A DNA stretch of 11,948 nucleotides from Gemmatimonadota bacterium (lineage in GTDB: Bacteria > Gemmatimonadota > Gemmatimonadetes > Longimicrobiales > Gaopeijiaceae), in NCBI GenBank assembly GCA_039589315.1, contig JBDHHQ010000118.1, forward strand, positions 1 to 11,948. The letters run 5' to 3'. Each line of letters opens with the position of its first letter. Position 1 is the stretch's first letter. Under the pieces are notes generated by a model. The model did no database searches. It was not told where the DNA came from and was given only the letters and a program-made list of their open reading frames with translations. The position numbers were made by a program, and so were the translations under genes. Below are positions 4,917 through 11,948 of the stretch, piece by piece.

Positions 4917-7607
4917 ATGACGGACGACATTTCCTCGCTCGAACGCCTCAAGGCCGCGCTCGCCGATCGTTACGAGCTCGTACGCGAGCTCGGCGAGGGC
5001 GGGATGGCGACTGTCTATCTGGCCGAGGATCTGAAGCACAACCGGAAGGTCGCGCTCAAGGTCCTGAAGCCCGAGCTGGCCGCGGTCGTGGGAGCGGAGC
5101 GCTTCCTGGCCGAGATCGAGGTCACGGCGAACCTGCAGCACCCGAGCATCCTACCGCTCTTCGATTCGGGTGAGGCAGACTCGTTCCTGTATTACGTCAT
5201 GCCCTACGTGCAGGGCGAGTCGCTCCGGGAGCGCTTGGACCGGGAGCGGCAGCTGCCGGTCGACGAGGCCGTGAGGATCGCGACCGAGTTGGCGGAGGCG
5301 CTCGACTACGCCCACCGCCAGGGTGTGATCCATAGAGACATCAAGCCGGCGAACGTCTTGCTGCAGGAGGGACGGCCGCTCATCGCCGACTTCGGCATCG
5401 CGCTGGCCGTGGGGGCCGCCGGCGGCGCGCGGCTTACGGAGACGGGACTGAGCGTCGGCACGCCGTTCTACATGAGCCCGGAGCAGGCGACGGGCGATCA
5501 GGTAATCGGGCCGCAGAGCGATACCTATTCGCTCGGCTGCATGCTGTTCGAGATGTTGACGGGTGAGCCGCCGTATCCCGGCGCCACGGCTCAGGCGGTG
5601 CTCGGCAAGATCATCGCCGGGAAGCCCGTCTCGGCCACCGAGGTTCGCACTTCGGTGCCGATCCATATCGACGCGGCGATCCGCCGCACCTTGGAGAAGC
5701 TGCCGGCTGATCGGTTCGCCTCGGCGGGCGATCTTGCAAAGGCCCTGGCGGATCCCGGCTTCCGGCATGGTGAGGCTGTGGCTGCCGGCATCGGGGGACC
5801 CAGGCGCTCCTGGAACGCACTGACGATCGGATTGACGGTCGTGGCGGCCGTCAGCACCGGAGGGCTCGTCTTCACGGCTACGCGACCGCATCCATCTATG
5901 CCTGTAATCCGCTATGCCCTGACGTTTCCGGAAGGCCAGGCGCCGGTCGCCGGCCAGGACGCGTTCGGAGTCTCGTTCGGAGTCTCGGCAGACGGGTCTC
6001 GCCTGGCATACGTCGGTCCCGCCGGTGAGGGCGATTCTCAGCTCTGGGTCAGGGAGCGGGACGCGCTCGAAGGCGTTCCAGTGCCCGGTACGGACCTCGG
6101 CGTCCAGCCGTTCTTTTCGCCGGACGGTCAACGCATGGGCTTCATCGTGACCGGCAGCCGCGAGCTCAAGGTCGTGTCACTCGGGGGAGAGCCCCCGCTC
6201 ACCCTGGTCGATTCCCTCGTCTACCGGCTCGGTGGGTCATGGGGGCGAGACGGGTACCTCTACTATTGCAGCCTGCCCGACGGCGGCCTTTACCGAGTGC
6301 CGGCCACGGGCGGCGACATCGAACAGCTTTCGACAGCCGACACCACGCAGGGGGAAACCCGCCATGCGTGGCCGGACGCGCTCCCGAGCGGGAGAGGCGT
6401 TCTGATCACGGTGCAACGGGGCGACAACGCCTACACTCCCGAGGACGACGTTGGAGTGCTGGACCTGGAGTCCGGGCGCGTCGAGATCCTCTTCCGTGGA
6501 CTCCTCGCGCGGTATCTGCCGACGGGTCACATACTCGTGGTCACTCACGACGGGGACTTGGTTGCCGCGCCGTTCGATCAGGAGCGACTCGAGGTCACCG
6601 GTCCAACGGTGCCCCTGCTCTCGGGGCTGCCCGGAGGGGTGCGTGGACCCGACGTGGCGATCTCCCGATCGGGCCGGCTTCTCTACCAGCCCAGCGGTGT
6701 GACCGCCGACCGGGAGTTGATCTGGGTCGATCGCGCCGGGCGAGCCACAGCCGTGGAGCCGGGCTGGACACTGACGCCGGTGGGCAACGGCGGGTTGGCG
6801 CTCTCACCGGACCAGACGAGCATCGCTGTCGACGTCCGACCGGCGGATGGGGGATCCGAGCTCTGGATCAAGCAGATCGGCGGTCCGTTCACGCGGCTCG
6901 GGAGAGGTTGGCGGCCGAGCTGGTCGGTGGATGGGCGTTCGGTCCTGTACCTGTCCGATGTCCAAGGACCTAGCTTTGACATATGGACCCGAAGGGCGGA
7001 CGGCAGCGGAGACCAGGAGCTGGTGCTGGACCTGGACGACCCCCTCGCGGAAGCCCGCCGGTCGATCGCTGGCGACTGGCTCGTCGTGAGAAAGCTCAAC
7101 CCCATCTTCGACGTCTTCGCCATAAGGCCCGGCGTGGATACGGTGCCCGTCCCCTTGATCGCCACGGACTTCGCAGAGTCGTCCATCTCGCTTTCGCCCA
7201 ACGACCGCTTCCTTGCCTACGTTTCCAATTCATCCGGCCGCCCGGAGGTCTACGTGCGGCCGTTTCCGAATGTGGACGAAGCAAGGATACAGGTCTCCAC
7301 GGACGGCGGTGTCGAGCCTGTCTGGGCACACAGCGGGCGTGAGCTCTTCTACAAGAATCAGTCCCGAGAGTTGATTGCAGTCGCCGTGAACACGGACGAT
7401 GCCTTCCAGGTTCTCGGACGCGAGCCCCTCTTTTTGCTGCCTCTCGGCGCATCAGTGTTCTCCGCCTATGCACAGTACGACGTCACTCGGGACGGTCAGC
7501 GGTTTCTGATGTTCCGTTCGACCGGCGGCGTCGGCGAGGGGGAAGTCGACCGCTACATCGTGGTGGAGAACTTCCAGGAGGAGCTGCTGGCGAGGGTACA
7601 GAACTGA
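4917..7607 (+). CDS. Hanks-type Ser/Thr protein kinase with TM helix and PD40/TolB-like beta-propeller domains
   Basis: Kinase motifs GEGGMATVY, VALK, HRDIKPAN, DFG, GTPFYMSPE; hydrophobic ALTIGLTVVAAVSTGGLVF; multiple SPDG/SADG/SPND repeats. Confidence 0.93.
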   Translation: MTDDISSLERLKAALADRYELVRELGEGGMATVYLAEDLKHNRKVALKVLKPELAAVVGAERFLAEIEVTANLQHPSILPLFDSGEADSFLYYVMPYVQGESLRERLDRERQLPVDEAVRIATELAEALDYAHRQGVIHRDIKPANVLLQEGRPLIADFGIALAVGAAGGARLTETGLSVGTPFYMSPEQATGDQVIGPQSDTYSLGCMLFEMLTGEPPYPGATAQAVLGKIIAGKPVSATEVRTSVPIHIDAAIRRTLEKLPADRFASAGDLAKALADPGFRHGEAVAAGIGGPRRSWNALTIGLTVVAAVSTGGLVFTATRPHPSMPVIRYALTFPEGQAPVAGQDAFGVSFGVSADGSRLAYVGPAGEGDSQLWVRERDALEGVPVPGTDLGVQPFFSPDGQRMGFIVTGSRELKVVSLGGEPPLTLVDSLVYRLGGSWGRDGYLYYCSLPDGGLYRVPATGGDIEQLSTADTTQGETRHAWPDALPSGRGVLITVQRGDNAYTPEDDVGVLDLESGRVEILFRGLLARYLPTGHILVVTHDGDLVAAPFDQERLEVTGPTVPLLSGLPGGVRGPDVAISRSGRLLYQPSGVTADRELIWVDRAGRATAVEPGWTLTPVGNGGLALSPDQTSIAVDVRPADGGSELWIKQIGGPFTRLGRGWRPSWSVDGRSVLYLSDVQGPSFDIWTRRADGSGDQELVLDLDDPLAEARRSIAGDWLVVRKLNPIFDVFAIRPGVDTVPVPLIATDFAESSISLSPNDRFLAYVSNSSGRPEVYVRPFPNVDEARIQVSTDGGVEPVWAHSGRELFYKNQSRELIAVAVNTDDAFQVLGREPLFLLPLGASVFSAYAQYDVTRDGQRFLMFRSTGGVGEGEVDRYIVVENFQEELLARVQN

Positions 7608-7709
7608 GGTCACAAAGGGATGTGATCCTCTCGGACACCCCAGACGCCAATACCACGGTCGTTGTCAGAACCGTCACGACAACCCAGGGCACTGTGATCA
7701 AGGGGAACG

Positions 7710-8591
7710 GTGGTGGTGACGCGACGAACACAGCGACAGTTGCGTCACTGGGCTGGCCTCGAATGGAGCGACTGGTTCCCGTTGGACGGCACGCCGCAAG
7801 ACCTGGCCGCGGTTCCGAGAACCGCCGGTGTCTATCGGGTGCGCAGCCCACCCGAGCCACACTCATCTACGTCGGTGAAACCGGCAGGGAGTTGCGAGAC
7901 CGACTGAATGCGCTCCGTCGCGGCATCGTGTCTGTACGAATGCCGTTCAACGATCCACACACCGCCGCACCGTCCCTTTGGGCATGGCGGGACGCCGAGG
8001 GCATGCGTTTCGAGGTCTCAGTGGCCGAAGTCGACATGCCTATGCCCTCGCGGCGAGCACTCGAGTGCTTCTTACTCTGGCGGCACCGTGTCGAGCTGCA
8101 AGCCTCGACGCTCTGCAATCACGGCTGGTTCCATCCGGCGTACTGGAAGAGCGGTAGCCGAAAGAGCGGGCTGATCGGAGGACGAAGAACTGGCGACGAG
8201 CTTGGCGCGGCGCGGGCGGAGGCCAAGGCCCTTGGGCCGTTGGACCCCCAGCAAGACCGCGCTTCTGATCAGCTCCCATGGCGAGTCGGGGGAAGGCTGG
8301 ACTCGCTGGAGCTCACCGGAGTCGCCAATGCGGCCGGGTTGTATCTGCTGCTTGAGGACCGCGAGCTCGTATACGTAGGAGAGACACGGAATCTACGGGG
8401 CCGTCTCGGCAGTCACAGGCGAGTCCTACCTGCTGCAGACGGCTCGATGGTTCCAAACGGATCCGCTAGGGCTGCCGCAACAACGGCGCGAGATGGAGAC
8501 CGATCTCATCGGCGCTTTCTACGAGCACTACGGACGTGCCCCGAACCTTCAGTTCGGTCGGATGCCGAAACAGCAGAAAACGTCCGGCTAG
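7710..8591 (+). pseudogene. Tandem (double) GIY-YIG nuclease, split by two frameshifts
   Basis: Segment 1 (7710 frame): WAGLEWSDWFPL..VPRTAGVYRVR. Segment 2 (7622 frame): LIYVGETGRELRDRL..MPFNDPHTAAPSLW..LE, then AGLYLL..LVYVGETRNLRGRLGSH. Segment 3 (7710 frame again): QRREMETDLIGAFYEHYGRAPNLQF..TAG at 8589-8591. Confidence 0.7.
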
Positions 8592-8592
8592 C

Positions 8593-9009
8593 TCAGCACT
8601 CTCCTTCTCCCGCAGCGTCCTCCGCCGCCACCGCCTTGAGCGCCTCCAGGTGCATCTGCTGCACCGTCGGCACCGCTGTCGGCCCGCCCCGCTCGAGCGC
8701 CGCTACCAGGAACTTGCGCACGTCGATCTGCAGCCTGGCCTGGGCCACCGCCGGCTTCATCGGCTGAGCGCCGTCCGCGATGGCGAGCGTCTCGTCCGCG
8801 AGCTTATCGGCGCGGGCTTGCTTCGCGTCCTCGAGCTGCCGCCGTCGCTCCGGATCCTTCTTGATCCACGACCACAGCATCGTGCGGCTGATGCCGATCC
8901 GTCGGCTGAACTCTACCTGCGAGATCTCGGACAGGATCGCGAAGATCTGGTGCTCGCCGAGCTGGTCTAGCATCGCGAAGACGGATCGGCGCTTTGGTCT
9001 TCCGGCCAT
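8593..9009 (-). CDS. Phage terminase small subunit-like protein (Sf6 gp1-like, N-terminal HTH)
   Basis: HTH-like SQVEFSRRIGISRTMLWSWI, then AKQARADKLADETLAIAD and ARLQIDVRKFL, a pattern I recall from Sf6-type TerS proteins. RBS-like AGGAAGG upstream of the ATG. Confidence 0.72.
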   Translation of the reverse strand: MAGRPKRRSVFAMLDQLGEHQIFAILSEISQVEFSRRIGISRTMLWSWIKKDPERRRQLEDAKQARADKLADETLAIADGAQPMKPAVAQARLQIDVRKFLVAALERGGPTAVPTVQQMHLEALKAVAAEDAAGEGEC

Positions 9010-9092
9010 CGGTCACCTTCCTGTCGGGGGGGCTCTCTGATGATACCCCCGAGGGAAGGAATAGTGGGCGGGCTGGGTGAGGGGTCCTGGAG

Positions 9093-9225
9093 GTGCAACA
9101 GCCGCAACATGCCTTGATCTGCCTGGGTTCTTGGCGGATCTCGAGGGTCCAGCAGGAACGGTCGTGTTGCGGTCCCGCGGACGGCGGAAAGGCCCTAGAT
9201 ACCGGGACTGTTGCGGGTGTTGCGG
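9093..9225. repeat. TGTTGCGG / CCGCAACA iteron-like repeat cluster
   Basis: GTGCAACA 9093-9100, CCGCAACA 9102-9109, and TGTTGCGG at 9165, 9209 and 9218. Paired copies with 9-nt periodicity at each end, in opposite orientation. Confidence 0.6.
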
Positions 9226-9509
9226 TTCGATTAGGGGCCGTTCCCGGCGCGGGCCGATCTTGCACCCGCCACTTCGGTCTCTGGGTGGCGCGGGACTCCT
9301 CGATGGCGCGTCGGCGTGGGCGCGACATGGCTTGATGGAACGATCGCCTCAGCCGTCGATGTTGTGTGGCGGACAAACGATCTCGATCAGGAGCGCTACG
9401 AACCGTCCGGCGGCATCGGCATCCAGGATCCCAGGCCGACCTCGTTTCGACGGAGGCGCCCGGCCGTCATCTGACGCACCGTGTTCAATGGGGCCAGGAT
9501 GCTTCTACC

Positions 9510-9983
9510 CTAATCGTGAGCCAGTTCCACCCAATCCGCCCAACCAGTGGTCTCGGCCAACGCCTGGAATCCCTGCCACGCGGCTTCGCACGCGCTCCCG
9601 CACGCCTCATCGATCGCGTTGAGAGCTTCACTGGGTGTGCCAGAACGAGGCACCCACCAGTCCCTCACGTATACGGATTGGATGTCGTAAACGAGAACGT
9701 ACTGCCCCGGATCCGCATTCCTTTCGCCTTTCATCACCATGAGGTGCATCCCGGGGTAGCGGCCGCTGATGACGGGCTCCCACTCGTCCTTGACGTAGCG
9801 CTCGAAGTCGGCAGGGTCGACCCCGTCCTTGAGCGAGAGGTGGTGGATGCCCAAGAGTCGCGGTTTCACGGCGAGCTCTTCGGGGACCCTCACGCCGGAT
9901 CCGTCGAGGAACCCCGCAACACCCGTGGAAGCCATCAGCACTAAGGACAAAAGGACTAGAAGAGCGGGGGCGAACTTGCGCAT
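9510..9983 (-). CDS. Secreted hypothetical protein (possible dimeric alpha/beta-barrel fold)
   Basis: Signal peptide MRKFAPALLVLLSLVLMASTGVAG; GGAGG RBS 7 nt upstream; alternating strand/helix pattern LSLKDGVDPADFERYV..MVMKGER..YVLVYDIQS. Confidence 0.8.
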   Translation of the reverse strand: MRKFAPALLVLLSLVLMASTGVAGFLDGSGVRVPEELAVKPRLLGIHHLSLKDGVDPADFERYVKDEWEPVISGRYPGMHLMVMKGERNADPGQYVLVYDIQSVYVRDWWVPRSGTPSEALNAIDEACGSACEAAWQGFQALAETTGWADWVELAHD

Positions 9984-10070
9984 GAGAATGCCTCCAGAAT
10001 CACAAGGATCGTGCGATGCTCGCGAACTGCTACGGCGGGTGTCGTCATGGCTGGACGGGACGCTTCGCGC

Positions 10071-11141
10071 TCAGCCGTCCACAACAGGCGGTGGCGGACA
10101 GATGACCTCGATGCCGTCGAGCGTCGTGGTGATCCCGAAGTCCTCGACTATTTCGAGCACGAGGCCGGACTGCACAATCCGTTCCTGCACCAGGTCTCCC
10201 CTTGGAGTAGTATCCAATGTTTCGTGCAAGAAGAGGAGGACGGGGCTTTGAACCACGACCGGCAACGTGACCTCCTCCATCACCTCGACCTTGTCTGCCC
10301 CCACAGCGAGAGCCTCCGCAGCCGATTGCAGACCCACCAACTGGATGCCCTGAGACCACACGTGGGTTTCGAGGTCCATCAGATACGTCTCTTTCCCAAC
10401 GACCGGCTCGAGCGTCAGGCGGTGCAGCACACCCATGACGCCACTGATCGCCACGCTCTCGTCAACACCGCCTAGGCACGGCGTGGTGACCTCCTCAGCG
10501 ACAAAGAGCACTTCCTTCGTCGTGCTCCTGATCGTGCCATCATCGGCGTCGGCCGGCGGCGGACAGACGATGTCGACGCTCTCGAGCGTCGTGGTGATCC
10601 CGAAGTCCTCGGCGATCTCTATGGTGAGACCCGTGGACAGTCCGAAACCAGTGGATTGTGCGTGGGGGACGCCCCCTGCGTTGGAAGCGGATTCGGCGAA
10701 GTCCAGATTGAAATCGACTGCCAAGCCGGTCGGCAGCGCCACCACCTCTTCCGTCACCTCGAACTTGTCCGCCCCCATGGCCAGCAATTCTGCGGCGGCC
10801 TGGAGGCCGACGCCCCGAATGCCCTGGGACCACACCTGAGTATTGAGGTTCAACAGATACGTCTTGCCCCCGGAGATCGGCTCAAGCCTCAACCTGTGGA
10901 CCACGCCAAGCTCGCCGGAGATCTCGACGAACTCGCCCTCGTTTAGGCACGGCACATACACGACGACCGGCTTGTCCTGACCGATCGAGATCACGTCCCT
11001 CACCGTCGTGACGACGGTGCCCTCTCCTGTTACGGCGGCATTGGGCTGGACCTCGGGCGACGAAGTCGGGCTGCCACAGCCGGTTGGAACGAGGATGGCG
11101 CAGAGGGACAGAACAGCGGCGGCGCGGAGCGAGCGTGCCAT
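10071..11141 (-). CDS. Lipoprotein with two tandem ~155-aa beta-rich repeats, unknown function
   Basis: GGGAGG RBS; signal peptide ending LVPTG-C. The repeats share PCL..ISG..GV.HRL.LEP..TYL..L.T.VWSQGI..VGLQ.AAE.LA.GADK.EV.EEV and EDFGITTTL..CPPP. A 30-bp identical DNA stretch occurs at 10117-10146 and 10582-10611. Confidence 0.85.
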   Translation of the reverse strand: MARSLRAAAVLSLCAILVPTGCGSPTSSPEVQPNAAVTGEGTVVTTVRDVISIGQDKPVVVYVPCLNEGEFVEISGELGVVHRLRLEPISGGKTYLLNLNTQVWSQGIRGVGLQAAAELLAMGADKFEVTEEVVALPTGLAVDFNLDFAESASNAGGVPHAQSTGFGLSTGLTIEIAEDFGITTTLESVDIVCPPPADADDGTIRSTTKEVLFVAEEVTTPCLGGVDESVAISGVMGVLHRLTLEPVVGKETYLMDLETHVWSQGIQLVGLQSAAEALAVGADKVEVMEEVTLPVVVQSPVLLFLHETLDTTPRGDLVQERIVQSGLVLEIVEDFGITTTLDGIEVICPPPPVVDG

Positions 11142-11347
11142 GATGACCTCCCTTGGCAGATAGCTCAGCCTACGGCTTCTACGTTATCTGACCGTTATCC
11201 CCGTTTTCAGCCTTTTCCCGACAGACAGCGGCAGCCGATCCCGCGAGGCTAAGGTCACACCATTGGTTTCCAGCCCTTCCCCGGCGGGCAGGAGTGAAGC
11301 CGATGGCCCGCCCGGTGGGTTTTCCTCATCGGCAGGAGGGTGATGCC

Positions 11348-11948
11348 ATGAGGCTGTCAACGCTTCGCCCGACCGCTCGGTCGGGCCTGCGCCGCCCACT
11401 CTATCTCAGTGCGTCCGTGGCGTTGTTGGTCTCGGGCTGTGGAGACGAGCCAGCGACGCCTGCCGATGTGGGCCACCGCCCAGACCTGACCGTTGTCACC
11501 GGGAATAAGACTCTTTTGACCCAGTGGGAGGTGGACGCACAGGCTGGGCTCACCAAGGTGATAGGGACTCTCTATATCTTTCCCTACGGATCTCCGATCA
11601 TGAATCTGGACGCCCTTTCTAGCCTGACCTCTGTGGGGCGGTACCTCGAAGTCATTTCCAACGACGCCCTCATGAGCCTGGACGGCCTGTCCGGTGTGAC
11701 CTCGGTGGGGGAGGGCCTCTTGGTCCACCGAAACGCCGTCTTGGGAAGCTGCTCGGGCATTGCCGGGCTTGTGAGGAGCGGAGGGGTCACGGGCACGGTC
11801 ACGATTGAAGACAACGCGCCCGGCTGTAACTCCATCGAAGAGGTCCTAGCGAGCGCCCCCACGCCGGAAGAGCAGTTCGAGGATCTCGCAGACATGGTCC
11901 AGGACCTATCCGACGCGGGCACGCTCACGAAGGGTCAGGCCAATGCTC
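11348..11948 (+). CDS. Lipoprotein with receptor L-domain/LRR-like repeats; 3' end outside window
   Basis: Not in the ORF track because it runs off the edge. AGGAGG at 11334-11339; MRLSTLRP..SVALLVSG-C lipobox; repeats IMNLDALSSLTSVGRYLEVISN / LMSLDGLSGVTSVGEGLLVHRN; TIEDNAPGCNSIEEV; then helical LADMVQDLSDAGTLTKGQANA. Confidence 0.8.
   Translation, partial: MRLSTLRPTARSGLRRPLYLSASVALLVSGCGDEPATPADVGHRPDLTVVTGNKTLLTQWEVDAQAGLTKVIGTLYIFPYGSPIMNLDALSSLTSVGRYLEVISNDALMSLDGLSGVTSVGEGLLVHRNAVLGSCSGIAGLVRSGGVTGTVTIEDNAPGCNSIEEVLASAPTPEEQFEDLADMVQDLSDAGTLTKGQANA

Noticed and set aside
4773..7473. Long antisense and alternate-frame ORFs over the kinase (e.g. 4773-5141, 5151-6131, 6239-6973, 6683-7201)
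   Set aside because: Shadow ORFs expected in high-GC coding DNA, with no recognisable motifs. The same holds for those over 2072-3433, 9510-11141 and 11348-11948.
7622..8767. Single intact 381-aa protein as listed
   Set aside because: Its N- and C-terminal parts are low-complexity, the C-terminus overlaps the TerS-like gene, and the GIY-YIG-consistent termini lie in another frame.
8804..9622. Coding ORFs at 8804-9376 (-), 9077-9622 (+) and 9093-9335 (+), e.g. a rep/primase gene
   Set aside because: No helicase or primase motifs. Only the repeat-derived TATPAT stretch is notable, so it is reported as DNA repeats.
11200..11340. Known riboswitch (e.g. c-di-GMP-I)
   Set aside because: I could not find the GAAA tetraloop and GCAAA core arrangement on either strand.
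4499..11714. KOPS (GGGNAGGG) polarity supporting a chromosomal terminus
   Set aside because: The matches I noticed right of dif occur in both orientations (about 4499 and 11707 forward; about 4837 and 11274 reverse), so they are uninformative.

Overview
GC-rich bacterial window. The gene families (TolB/TPR proteins, Ser/Thr kinase-PD40 fusions) suggest Gemmatimonadota or similar, which is inference only. Intact-looking genes: the 3' part of a TPR protein (1-1194), a membrane Ser/Thr kinase with PD40 beta-propellers (4917-7607), an orphan phage terminase small subunit-like gene (8593-9009, -), a secreted protein (9510-9983, -), a duplicated-domain lipoprotein (10071-11141, -) and an L-domain/LRR-like lipoprotein running off the right edge (11348->11948). 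Broken genes: a 45-aa N/C-terminal chimera, a 5'-truncated PD40 propeller, a frameshifted di-heme cytochrome c-like gene and a doubly frameshifted tandem GIY-YIG nuclease. The most striking part is non-coding (about 1340-2070 and 3480-3990). Two convergent 43-nt tRNA 3' fragments (Lys-CTT, Ala-TGC; att-like) each have short arm-type repeats on their outer side. They bracket a ~100-bp inverted repeat pair, a XerCD dif-like site between 46-bp direct repeats, and most of six 27-bp S-TAA-N19-TT(A/G)-S motifs. No integrase or recombinase gene is present in the window.
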